Assembly: GCA_049840735.1 (NCBI GenBank)
Contig: JASGJN010000025.1
Coordinates: forward strand, 32,001-96,000
DNA length: 64,000 nucleotides
Direction: 5' to 3'
DNA from: Anaeromyxobacter sp.
GTDB taxonomy: Bacteria; Myxococcota; Myxococcia; Myxococcales; Anaeromyxobacteraceae
The notes under the pieces are model-generated. The model was not told the origin of the DNA and made no database searches. It saw only the letters and a list, made by a program, of their open reading frames with translations. Below, one piece after another: positions 12,349-21,608 of this stretch. The translations under genes were made by a program, and so were the position numbers. Numbering within the stretch: position 1 is the stretch's first letter; each line of letters opens with the position of its first letter.

Positions 12349-13340
12349 GTGGGCACGAGCGGCATCCCCGTGGTGGTGATGGGGCTTGGTGGAGATCGGT
12401 CAGGCGATCGCCAGGGCCGCGCTGCTGCGCCCGGACCTCGAGCTGGTGGCGGCGATCGAATCCGGCGCTGTCCGGCCGCAAGCTCTCCGATGTCCTGGGC
12501 GGGCCCGCGCCCGCCGTGACGGTGACGGGCGACGTGGCGGCGGCCTTCAAGGCGGCGCGCGGCGGCGTCGTGCTCCAGGCCACCGGCAGCCGCTTCGAGG
12601 AGGTGCTGCCCGACCTGCAGCGCGCGGTGCGCGCCGGGCTGTCGGTGGTCTCCACCTGCGAGGAGCTGGCCTGGCCCTGGCTGCGCAGCGAGGAGGCGGC
12701 CGACGCCCTCGACGAGCTCTGCGAGGAGAAGAACGTCGCGGTGCTGGGCACCGGCGTGAATCCGGGCTTCGTGCTCGACCGCCTGCCGGCGTTCCTGGCC
12801 CAGGTGACCGGGCCGGTCCGCCACGTGCGCGGCGTGCGGGTGGTGGACGCCACGCGACGGCGCCGGGCGCTGCAGAAGAAGATCGGCGCCGGCCTCACGG
12901 AGGACGCCTTCCATGACGCCGCCGAGCGCGGCGAGGTGGGGCACGTGGGGCTGGCCGAGTCGGCGGCGCTGGCCGCGGCCGGCGCGGGCCTTTCGGTGGA
13001 CGAGGTGGACGAGGAGCTGGTGCCGCTCGTGGCCGAGGAGGACGGCGAGGCGCTGCCGGGCGCCGTCCAGGTGCGGCGCGGCCAGGTGGCGGGTGTGCAG
13101 CAGATCGCCCGCGTCTTCGCCGACGAGCGCGAGGTGGTCCGCCTGGAGCTGATCATCGCCATCGGCGCGGAGGACCCGCGCGACGAGGTCGAGCTGGACG
13201 CGGACCCGCCGGTGCGCGTGGTGCTGCCGGGCGGGCTGGCCGGCGAGGCCGCCACCGCTGGCGCGGTGGTCAACGCGGCGGCCGCGGTGAGCGAGCTGCG
13301 GGGGCTCGTCACCGTGCTGGACCTGCCCGCGGGACGGTGA
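12349..13340 (+). CDS. DapB-like NAD(P)-dependent amine dehydrogenase (2,4-diaminopentanoate dehydrogenase family); apparent frameshifts near 12392 and 12460
   Basis: VVVMGLG-EIGQAIAR Rossmann start; VVSTCEELAWPW; LGTGVNPGFVLD; LQKKIGAG; GHVGLAES. Confidence 0.82.
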
Positions 13341-13350
13341 CCGAGGCGCC

Positions 13351-13785
13351 ATGCTCGAGAGATCCCTCATCGGCCGTGAGAGCGAGCCCGTCGTCCACGA
13401 GATCGAGAGGGGGCTCATCCGGCGGTTCGCCGACGCCGTCGGGGATCCCAACCCGCTCTACCAGGACGAGGCCGCGGCGAAGGCCGCCGGCCACCCGGCG
13501 CTGGTGGCGCCGCCCACCTTCCCCATGGCGCTCGCCAACGAGCGCTTCCGCCAGTCGCTCGACCTCGGCACCCGCTCCATCCTGCACGGCGAGCAGCAGT
13601 TCGAGTACGCGCGGCCCATCGTGGCGGGCGACCGCCTCACGGTGGTGTCGCGCGTGGCCGACGTGCAGGAGCGGGCCGGCACCAGCGGCCCCTCCGACGT
13701 GCTCGTGATCGAGGACGAGGGGCGCGACCCCAACGGCGCGCTGGTCTTCAGGTCGCGCGCCACGCTGATCCTCCGCCGCGGATAG
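13351..13785 (+). CDS. MaoC-like dehydratase N-terminal subunit (HadA-type hotdog fold)
   Basis: IRRFADAVGDPNPLY..APPTF..ILHGEQQFEYARPI. Confidence 0.9.
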   Translation: MLERSLIGRESEPVVHEIERGLIRRFADAVGDPNPLYQDEAAAKAAGHPALVAPPTFPMALANERFRQSLDLGTRSILHGEQQFEYARPIVAGDRLTVVSRVADVQERAGTSGPSDVLVIEDEGRDPNGALVFRSRATLILRRG

Positions 13786-13792
13786 GACCTCG

Positions 13793-14860
13793 ATGCTCAC
13801 GGCACGCCAGCTCTACTTCGAGGCGGTCAAGGTGGGGGACGAGCTGCCCCCGCTGGTGAAGCCGCCGGTGGACCGCCTGCAGATCGCGCGCTACGCGGCG
13901 GCCTCGCAGGACTGGAACCCGCTCTTCCTGGACGAGCCGTACGCGAAGAACGCCGGCTTCCCCAGCGCCTTCTGCCCCGGGATGCTGGGCATGGGCTTCC
14001 TGGCCGAGCTGGTGGTGGACTGGGTGCGCGGCGCCCGGCTGCGCAAGTTCCAGTCCCGCTTCGTGAAGATCGTCTGGCCGGGCGACGTGCTGACCGCCCG
14101 CGGCCGGGTGGTGGACCGCCGCTTCGAGCCGGGCGGCAGCTACGTGGTGGACATCGAGACCTGGGCCGAGAACCAGCGCGGTGAGCTGGTGGTCCGCGGC
14201 GTCGCCACCTTCCAGCTCTACTACAGCGTCGACGACGAGAACCGGCAGCGCGCCGGGCAGGCTCCGCTGGTGGTGACGCCCGACGAGGAGGAGGCGCGCC
14301 TGGCCAAGCTGTCCCGCGCCCAGCCGCCCGCGCGGCCGGCGCCGCCGGCCAGCCGCCCCATGGCGCCGCCGCGCACGCTCCCGCCGCCGCCCGCGCCCGC
14401 CGCCCCGCGCCCCGGCGCGCCGCAGGCCCCCGCCCGTCCGGCCGCGGCCGCGCCCGGCGCCCGTCCGCAGGCGGTCGCCCCGGCCCGGCCGGCGCCCGCC
14501 GCGCCCCGTCCCCCGCCGCCGCCCGCCCGGCCCGCACCGGCCGCGGCCCGCCCGCCGCCGCCGGCGCGTCCGGCGCCCGCTCCAGTCCGCCCGGCGCCCG
14601 CTCCGGTCCGCCCGGCGCCGGCTCCGGTCCGCGCCGCGCCCGCGCCGGCCCGCGCCGCCGCTCCAGCACGCCCGGCCGCTCCAGCGCGTCCGGCCGCGCG
14701 CCCCGCGGCCCGCGCCGCGCCCAAGCGCGCCGGCGCAGGCAAGCCCAAGCCCGCGCCGCGCCCGCACGCCGCCAAGCGCCCCGCGCGCAAGGAGACCGGC
14801 GTGAGCGCTCGCTCGCGCGCCGGCGCCGCCAAGAAGCCCTCCGGCAAGAAGCGGCGCTAG
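13793..14860 (+). CDS. MaoC family dehydratase with long Pro/Ala/Arg-rich, basic C-terminal tail
   Basis: IARYAAASQDWNPL..VWPGDVL; about 180 aa low-complexity tail. Confidence 0.85.
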   Translation: MLTARQLYFEAVKVGDELPPLVKPPVDRLQIARYAAASQDWNPLFLDEPYAKNAGFPSAFCPGMLGMGFLAELVVDWVRGARLRKFQSRFVKIVWPGDVLTARGRVVDRRFEPGGSYVVDIETWAENQRGELVVRGVATFQLYYSVDDENRQRAGQAPLVVTPDEEEARLAKLSRAQPPARPAPPASRPMAPPRTLPPPPAPAAPRPGAPQAPARPAAAAPGARPQAVAPARPAPAAPRPPPPPARPAPAAARPPPPARPAPAPVRPAPAPVRPAPAPVRAAPAPARAAAPARPAAPARPAARPAARAAPKRAGAGKPKPAPRPHAAKRPARKETGVSARSRAGAAKKPSGKKRR

Positions 14861-14878
14861 CCGCCGCGCGAGGTCACC

Positions 14879-15767
14879 GTGACGCCGCGCCTGGCTGCGT
14901 TCCCCGTGCTCGCGCTCGCCCTGGCGTCCTGCGCCGGCGCCTGCCGCCGACCCGTGGACGCGCCGCCGGCCGCGACCGCGCCGGCCGCCCCGGATCCCTA
15001 CGACGCCGCGCTGGCCGAGGGCGATCGCGCCTTCGCCCTGCGCGGCGCGTCCGGCGACGGGCGCACCGCGCTGGCCGCGGCCCTGGCCGCCTACGCCCGG
15101 GCCACCGCCGCCCGCCCGGGCACGCCCGCGGCCGAGCTGCGGCTGGCGCGGGCCGAGGCCTTCCGCGGCCTGGTGGAGGAGGAGCCGGCCCGGGCGCAGG
15201 AGGCCTGGCGCGCGTCGGCCGCGGCCGCAGAGCGCGCGCTGCGCACGGCCTCGCCGGCCTGGGCCGAGGCCATCGACCGCGGCGAGGAATCCGGCCGCGG
15301 CCGCGGCGCGGGTGGAGGCGCCGGGGGCCGAGGCGCTCTACCTCATCGCGCAGGGCGCGCTGCGCTCCGCGCAGATCACCGGCTACGCCGCGGTGCTCGC
15401 GGTGAAGGACGCGGCGCTGGCCATGGCCTCGCGCGCCGCGGAGCTGGACGAGCGGGTGGACGCGGCCGGGCCGCACCGGCTGCTGGGGGCCTGGCGCGCT
15501 GCGCTCCCGGTGGCGGCGGGCGGCGGCGTGGCGGCGGCCCGGGCCCACTTCGACCGGGCGCGCGCGCTGGCGCCGGAGGACCTGCTGGCCCGCGTGGCCG
15601 AGGCCGAGACGCTGGCGGTGCTGCTGCAGGACGCGGCCCGCTTCGACGCGCTGCTGGAGGAGGTGCGGGCCTTCGACGTGGCCTCCGCCCCGGCCCGCGC
15701 GCCGGAGAACGGCGTGGCCCGCGCGCGCGCCGAGGCGCTGCGCACCCGGCGCGCGCGGCTGTTCTGA
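14879..15767 (+). CDS. TatT-like (TRAP transporter T-component) TPR lipoprotein; apparent frameshift near 15289
   Basis: Lipoprotein-type leader; ELDERVDAAGPHRLLG, GG..ARAHFDRA, APENGVARARA motifs. Confidence 0.7.
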
Positions 15768-15784
15768 GCGGCGCGCAGGCCAAT

Positions 15785-15834
15785 CCGTTCGCCCTGAGCG
15801 TAGCGAGCCCGCAGGGCTCGCGGAGTCGAAGGGC
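15785..15834 (+). repeat. REP-like element
   Basis: CCGTTCGCCCTGAGCGTA-GCGAGCCC gca GGGCTCGC-GGAGTCGAAGGGC. Confidence 0.9.
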
Positions 15835-15908
15835 AAGTCACAACGCCCCTGGGCTCCTGTCCTCGCAGCAGGGGTCGGCACGCCGCCGCTCCCGCTGGAG
15901 GAGCCGTC

Positions 15909-17114
15909 ATGACGAGGAACTTGTCGCTGCTCGCGCTGGTCGCGCTGGCGCTTTCCGCGGGGCGCGCCGCCGCCGCCGACATGGTGGCCTGGCACGCCTA
16001 CCGCGGCGCCGAGAAGGCCGCCTTCGAGAAGGTGGTGGCCCAGTACAACGCCCGCCCGGGCGTGAAGGTCCGGGTGGCCCCGCTGGCGGTGCCCTACGAC
16101 GCCTTCGCGGACAAGATCTCGGCGGCCGTGCCGCGCGGCAAGGGGCCGGACCTCTTCATCTACGCGCAGGACCGGCTGGGCGGCTGGATCGAGGCCGGCC
16201 GGACGGTGGAGCCCCTCGACTTCCTCGTGGACGACGCGGTCCGCGCCCGCTTCATCCCCACCACGCTCGACGCGCTCACCTACAAGGGCAGCCTGTGGGG
16301 GCTGCCGCTCGACTACAAGGTCATCGCGCTCATCTACGACAGGAAGCAGGTGAGGACGCCGCCCCGCACCACCGCCGAGCTGGTGGCGCTGGCCCGCAAG
16401 CTCACGCAGAAGGGGGCGGGGCGCTACGGCCTGGCCTACACCTACGGTGACTTCTACTACAACGCCGCGCTCATGAACGGCTTCGGCGGCGGCGTCTTCG
16501 ATGCCCGCGGCGTGCCCACCCTGGACGCGCCGGGCAACGTGAAGGCCTTCGAGACGCTGATGGCCTGGAAGGCGGCCGGGATCCTCCCCGCAGAGCCCTC
16601 CCCCACGCTCATCACCTCGCTCTTCAACGAGGGGAAGGCGGCCATGGTCTTCTCCGGCCCCTGGTTCCTGGGCGAGCTGGCGCCGGAGGTGGAGTACGGC
16701 GTGGCGCCGCTGCCGCTGCTGAGCGAGCACGGCAACAGGCCCATGCGCCCGTGGATGACGGTCGAGGGCGTCTACGTCACCGCCGGCTCGGCGCAGAAGG
16801 AGGCCGCCTACGACTTCGCCCGCTGGCTCACCGACGTGGACGCGGCCCGTGTGCTGGCGCTCGAGGGGCGGCAGAGCCCGGCCAACGCCAAGGTGTACGA
16901 GGATCCGCGCGTGGCCGGCGACGCGGTCCTGGCCGGCTTCCGCAGGCAGGTGGAGGTGGGCGTGCCCATGCCCAACGCGCCGGAGATGACGCTGGTCTGG
17001 TCCCCGGCCACCACCGCCGGCAACACCATCCTGCGCGGCACCGCGCCGAAGGACGCGCTGGCCCGCGCGCAGGCGACGGTGAGCAAGGACGTGGCGGCGT
17101 TGCGCAAGCGCTGA
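15909..17114 (+). CDS. Sugar (maltose/maltodextrin-type) ABC solute-binding protein
   Basis: Signal peptide; GPDLFIYAQDRLGGW; FNEGKAAMVFSGPW; MPNAPEM (MalE-like). Confidence 0.9.
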   Translation: MTRNLSLLALVALALSAGRAAAADMVAWHAYRGAEKAAFEKVVAQYNARPGVKVRVAPLAVPYDAFADKISAAVPRGKGPDLFIYAQDRLGGWIEAGRTVEPLDFLVDDAVRARFIPTTLDALTYKGSLWGLPLDYKVIALIYDRKQVRTPPRTTAELVALARKLTQKGAGRYGLAYTYGDFYYNAALMNGFGGGVFDARGVPTLDAPGNVKAFETLMAWKAAGILPAEPSPTLITSLFNEGKAAMVFSGPWFLGELAPEVEYGVAPLPLLSEHGNRPMRPWMTVEGVYVTAGSAQKEAAYDFARWLTDVDAARVLALEGRQSPANAKVYEDPRVAGDAVLAGFRRQVEVGVPMPNAPEMTLVWSPATTAGNTILRGTAPKDALARAQATVSKDVAALRKR

Positions 17115-17208
17115 GCGGCACACGGCGCCGCGGGGCCGGTGTGGGACGGTCCCGCGGCACCTCGCACCTTTCGCCCGCGAGGCGCGCGGGGTAGCTTCAC
17201 GCCCGCCG

Positions 17209-18045
17209 ATGACCCCCGCCGCCTTCACCCTGGCCGTCCTGGTCGTCTCCTTCCTGGCCGGGCTGCTCGGGTCGCTTGTGGGGCTGGGCGGCGGCATCAT
17301 CGTGGTGCCGGCGCTCTCGCTCGTGCTCGGCGTCGACATGCGCCACGCCATCGGCGCGTCGATCGTGGCGGTGATCGCCACCTCCACCGGCTCGGCGGCC
17401 CGGTACGTGCGCGAGCACCTCTCCAACCTGCGGGTGGCCATGGTGCTGGAGCTGGCCACCGCGGCCGGCGCGCTGGTCGGCGCGCTCATGGCCGGGCAGA
17501 TCCCCACCCGCGGCCTCAAGCTCCTCTTCGGCGCCCTGCAGGTCTTCACCGTCGTGACCATGCTGCGCCACGGCCGCGGCGGCGCGCGGCTCGAGCCGCC
17601 GCCCGACGCCTGGGCCGACCGGCTCCAGCTGCACGGCGCCTGGACCGATCCGGTCACCGGCCGCGAGCACCCCTACCGCGTGGCGCGCACGCGCTTCGGC
17701 CTGGCGGTGAGCGGCGCGGCCGGCGTGGTGAGCGGGCTCCTGGGCGTGGGCGGCGGGCTCTTCAAGGTGCCGGCCATGACGCTGGCCATGGGCATCCCGC
17801 TCAAGGTGGCCACCGCCACCAGCAACTTCATGATCGGCGTGACCGCCGCGGCCGGCGCCGCCGTCTACTTCGCGCGCGGCGACGTCCTGCCCTTCGTGGC
17901 GGCCCCGGTGGCGGTCGGGGTGGTGCTGGGCGCCACCACCGGCGCGAGGATCATGGGCCGCGTTCCCACCGCCGCCATCCGCTGGCTCTTCGTAGGCGTG
18001 GCGTCGATCACGGCGGTCCAGATGCTGATCCAGGGAGTGCGCTGA
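17209..18045 (+). CDS. Sulfite exporter TauE/SafE family protein
   Basis: GSLVGLGGGIIVVP; SGLLGVGGG; KVATATSNFMIGVT. Confidence 0.92.
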   Translation: MTPAAFTLAVLVVSFLAGLLGSLVGLGGGIIVVPALSLVLGVDMRHAIGASIVAVIATSTGSAARYVREHLSNLRVAMVLELATAAGALVGALMAGQIPTRGLKLLFGALQVFTVVTMLRHGRGGARLEPPPDAWADRLQLHGAWTDPVTGREHPYRVARTRFGLAVSGAAGVVSGLLGVGGGLFKVPAMTLAMGIPLKVATATSNFMIGVTAAAGAAVYFARGDVLPFVAAPVAVGVVLGATTGARIMGRVPTAAIRWLFVGVASITAVQMLIQGVR

Positions 18046-18482
18046 TGGCCGCCCAGCAGCCGCTCCGCCCGCTGCAGGCGCCCGCGCCGCTCGAGGACCA
18101 GGCGCGGCGCCGGGCCGAGCAGGTCGAGCGGCTCATCAGCCGGGTGCTGCGCGCCGGGCTGTGGGCCAGCATGGCGCTGGTGATCTGCGGCGCAGTGCTG
18201 GCGTCGCTCGATCGCGCCGGGACCGCGGCCGAGCTGCCCGCGCTGATCGGCGGCGCGGGCGCCCGCCCGCCGTCCTGGAGCTGGCTGCGCCAGGACCTCC
18301 TGGGCCTGCGCGGTGATGCGCTGATCGTGCTGGGGCTCTTGCTCCTGATCGCCACGCCGGTGGTGCGGGTGGCCATCTCGCTCCTGGCCTTCGCGCGCCA
18401 GCGCGACCGCGCCTTCGTGCTCATCACCGGCGGCGTGCTGGCGCTGCTGGTGCTGTCGTTCCTGCTGGGGAAGGCGGGCTGA
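18045..18482 (+). CDS. DUF1634 membrane protein
   Basis: ISRVLRAG..GLLLLIATPVVRV..RDRAF; usual partner of this TauE subfamily. Confidence 0.85.
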   Translation: MAAQQPLRPLQAPAPLEDQARRRAEQVERLISRVLRAGLWASMALVICGAVLASLDRAGTAAELPALIGGAGARPPSWSWLRQDLLGLRGDALIVLGLLLLIATPVVRVAISLLAFARQRDRAFVLITGGVLALLVLSFLLGKAG

Positions 18483-18527
18483 GGCGCTGGCCCCTTGCGG
18501 TGCGACCTCCGCCCGCCCTGCGCGCGG

Positions 18528-18576
18528 CCGTTCGCCCTGAGCCCTTCGAGAAGCTCAGGGCGGGCGGTCGAAGGGC
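18528..18576 (+). repeat. REP-like element, nested variant
   Basis: CCGTTCGCCCTGA-GCCCTTCGAGAAGCTCAGGGC-GGGCGGTCGAAGGGC. Confidence 0.75.
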
Positions 18577-18785
18577 CGGGCCCAGGTGGGGGCCTGGGCC
18601 CCGCTTCGCGCTTGCCCACCCATACGCGAAGTGAGAATATTCCGCCCCGACCCCCGTCCATCCCCAGCAGCCCACCCGCCCGTGAAAGGGCGGGACGCGC
18701 CCGCGCGCGAGGAGGTGCCGTTGACGAAGTCCGTTCCCAGCCGCCGCCCGGCACGTTCGCGGGAAGTCCCCGCGTGAGGCGCAGC

Positions 18786-19208
18786 ATGCGCATCGACCCG
18801 GCCACCGGCGCGTTCACGCTGCGTGATGGCACCCGGCTCTCGCCGGCGCTGGGGCGCGCCGAGTTCCTGCGCACGCCCGTGGGGCAGGCGGCGCGCGTGG
18901 CGGCGCAGGCCGAGCCCTGGCTCTCGGTGGCCTTCGACCTGCCCGAGGAGCGGCTGGCGGTCGAGCTGCAGTTCGAGGGCGAGCGGCTGCGCTGGATCGA
19001 GCTGGCCTCCACGGCGCAGCCCAGCGGCATGAGCTGGGAGGACTGGAGCGAGACCTCCGAGCAGGCCCGCGCCCTGGAGACGGCCCGCTGGCTGGAGCGC
19101 CACGGCCTCGCCGCCGGCGCGCACCCCTGGGGCGAGGTCTGGTCCGGCTACGAGCCCCGCAGCGGCGCGGGGCACGCGGTGGTGAGCTACGGCGAGGGCG
19201 CCAGCTGA
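18786..19208 (+). CDS. Hypothetical protein (Trp-rich: WEDWSE..HPWGEVWSGYEPRSG)
   Basis: Open frame with typical high-GC3 codon usage; ATG at 18786. Confidence 0.7.
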   Translation: MRIDPATGAFTLRDGTRLSPALGRAEFLRTPVGQAARVAAQAEPWLSVAFDLPEERLAVELQFEGERLRWIELASTAQPSGMSWEDWSETSEQARALETARWLERHGLAAGAHPWGEVWSGYEPRSGAGHAVVSYGEGAS

Positions 19209-19218
19209 GGGCGCGGGC

Positions 19219-19539
19219 TCACCCGGCCACCAGCTCCTCCAGCTTCGCGCGCGGCACGCGCCCGACCAGCTGCTTCACCACGCGCCCGCCGCGGAACAGG
19301 AGCAGCGTGGGCATGGAGCGGATGCCGTACTGATCGGCGATCACCTGGTGCCGGTCCACGTCCACCTGCGCCACGCGCAGCCGCCCGGCGTGGCGGGCCG
19401 CCAGCGCCTCCAGCTCCGGCGCGAGCGCCCGGCAGGGCGCGCACCAGGCGGCGGTGAAGTCCACCAGCACGGGACGATCCGCCTCCAGGACCTCGCGCTG
19501 GAACTCGGCCGCGCCCACCTCGATCACCTGGTCGTCCAT
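19219..19539 (-). CDS. trxA: Thioredoxin
   Basis: VLVDFTAAWCAPC..YGIRSMPTLLLF. Confidence 0.92.
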   Translation of the reverse strand: MDDQVIEVGAAEFQREVLEADRPVLVDFTAAWCAPCRALAPELEALAARHAGRLRVAQVDVDRHQVIADQYGIRSMPTLLLFRGGRVVKQLVGRVPRAKLEELVAG

Positions 19540-19667
19540 CTTGGCCTCCGCGCGGCGCGAGCGCCGCGCCAGCAAGCGGCGGGAGCGCCGCGCCTGCAGG
19601 TGTAGCGCCGTCGCGGGGGGCGGGCGACCGGCCGGGGCGGAACGGCGCGTTCCGCGAAAGGCCCCGC

Positions 19668-20597
19668 TCAGCGGCGCGCCGCGGGAGGCTCGCGCTCCCA
19701 GGGCACCGCCGCGCCCGGCGCGGTGAGCAGCGCCAGCAGCGCGCGCACCTTGGGCGCGGGCTCCCGGCCGCCGGCGAACACCGCCCAGATCGGCACGCCC
19801 GGCGGCGTGGCCTCCGCCAGCACCGGCCGCAGCGCGCCGGCGGCCAGGTCGGCGGCGGCCAGCGAGGCGGGGAGGCGCACCAGCCCGGCCCCGGCCCGCG
19901 CCGCGGCCAGCCCCGAGCGCAGGTCCGGCAGCCGCAGCCGCCCGGCCGGGCGCGCCACCCGGAGCGCGCCGCCCGCCGCGAAGAACCAGACCTCGTCCGA
20001 CCCTGGCGCGGTCACCAGCACGGCGTCGTGCGACGCCAGCTCCTCCACCGCGCGCGGCGTCCCGCGCCGCGCCAGGTAGGCCGGGCTGGCGTAGCACCCG
20101 GTGCGCAGCGATCCCAGCCGGCGCGCGCGCAGCGCCGAGTCCGCCAGCGGTCCGGCGTGGAACAGCAGATCGAGCTTCCCCGCGCCCAGCGCGGCCGGGC
20201 CGGGGTCGGGCGCCAGCTCCAGCTGCAGCCGCGGGTGACGCGCCAGCAGCTCGGCCAGCAGCGGCGCGACCAGCTCCCCCAGCAGCGCCGGCGCCGCCAC
20301 GCGCAGCGTCCCCTGCGCCACGCCGGACGCGGCGCGCGCCGCCTCCTCGGCCCGCCGGGCCTCGGCCACCAGCCGCGCCGCCTCGGCGTGGTAGGCGCGC
20401 CCCGCCTCGGTGAGCCGGACGCCGCGCGCCCCGCGCTCGAGCAGGCGCGTCCCCAGCCGCTCCTCCAGCGCCGTGAGCCGCCGGCTGACGCTCGACTTCC
20501 GGAGCCCCAGCGGCCCGGCAGCGGCGCTGACGCCGCCGGCGGCGACCACCTCGGTGAGCAGCAGCATGTCGTCCAGGAGCGGGGCGGGCTTCGGCAC
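19668..20597 (-). CDS. LysR family transcriptional regulator
   Basis: HTH KSSVSRRLTALEERLGTRLLER..LTEAG; substrate-binding domain. Confidence 0.9.
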   Translation of the reverse strand: MPKPAPLLDDMLLLTEVVAAGGVSAAAGPLGLRKSSVSRRLTALEERLGTRLLERGARGVRLTEAGRAYHAEAARLVAEARRAEEAARAASGVAQGTLRVAAPALLGELVAPLLAELLARHPRLQLELAPDPGPAALGAGKLDLLFHAGPLADSALRARRLGSLRTGCYASPAYLARRGTPRAVEELASHDAVLVTAPGSDEVWFFAAGGALRVARPAGRLRLPDLRSGLAAARAGAGLVRLPASLAAADLAAGALRPVLAEATPPGVPIWAVFAGGREPAPKVRALLALLTAPGAAVPWEREPPAARR

Positions 20598-20846
20598 CGC
20601 GCGATGTTGGCCCAGCCGGCCGGCGCTGGGAACGCCGCCGGGGGGCGGGTCCGGCCGGGCACCCGACCGGGCCCGCTCGCCGCTGGGGCCGCCGGTGCGG
20701 TTGGATGGCGCACGAGCGCGGACCGGTTTGCCTTCCGCGCCGCCGCCGATGTGGGATGATGCGCCTCCCCCGCTCGACGGAGGCGGCGTCGCGCTGCGTC
20801 GGCGGGGTCAAGGGCGGTCCAGGGGACCGCAGGGGAGGGAGCGCAG

Positions 20847-21605
20847 ATGTTCCAGCGGGTCGCCAACCTGTTCAAGGCCTTCGCCAACCTGTTCGTGCGC
20901 GGGCTGGAGAAGCGGAACCCCGAGGCCCTGCTCGAGCTGGAGCGGGAGAACCTGCGCAAGCAGACCGCCTCCTACAACCAGGGGCTGGCCACCCACGCCG
21001 GGCTGGTGGAGCGGCTCATCGGCCAGGTCCGCAAGCTGGAGACCGACGAGCGCGACCTGCGCGCCAAGGCCGCCGCCCACCTGCGCGCCGGGAACAAGGC
21101 CGCGGCCGGCCAGTACGCGCTGCGGCTGCAGACCGTGCAGCGCGAGCTGGAGGAGAATCGCCGGCAGGCCGGCGACGCGGAGAAGACCTACAAGGACCTG
21201 GTCAAGGCGCGCGAGGTGGCGGTGAACGCCGCGCGGGCCAAGATCGAGGCGCTGCGCGGCGCCATCACCGACATGCGCATGAAGCAGGCCATGGCGGAGA
21301 TGAACGAGATGGCCTCGGGCATGATCTGGGAGATCGGCGGCGCCGGCGACACCATCGACCGGCTCCACGAGATCGTCGAGGAGCAGCGGACCCAGGCCGC
21401 CGGCCGCGCCCGCGTGGCCAAGGACTCCATCGACATGTCGGCCGTGGACGTGAAGGAGGCCGAGATGCAGGCCCTGGCCGACCAGGCGCTGGCCGACTTC
21501 GCCGCCAAGGAAGGCATCGCCATCGAGGGCGCCGCCCCCGCGCCGGCCGCGCCCCGCGCCATGGGCGCCAAGGCGTCGGAGGGCGAGGGACAGCAGGGGA
21601 GCTAG
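20847..21605 (+). CDS. pspA: PspA/IM30 (Vipp1/ESCRT-III superfamily) protein
   Basis: Amphipathic helix-0 MFQRVANLFKAF; NPEALLE; long coiled coil; AGRARVA; QALADF; GGGAGG RBS. Confidence 0.88.
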   Translation: MFQRVANLFKAFANLFVRGLEKRNPEALLELERENLRKQTASYNQGLATHAGLVERLIGQVRKLETDERDLRAKAAAHLRAGNKAAAGQYALRLQTVQRELEENRRQAGDAEKTYKDLVKAREVAVNAARAKIEALRGAITDMRMKQAMAEMNEMASGMIWEIGGAGDTIDRLHEIVEEQRTQAAGRARVAKDSIDMSAVDVKEAEMQALADQALADFAAKEGIAIEGAAPAPAAPRAMGAKASEGEGQQGS

Positions 21606-21608
21606 CCC

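Noticed and set aside
15785..15834. Hammerhead ribozyme (CUGA...GAA resemblance in the repeat)
   Set aside because: Core is CUGAGCGUA/GUCGAAG rather than CUGANGA/GAAA, and there is no third stem or cleavage triplet.
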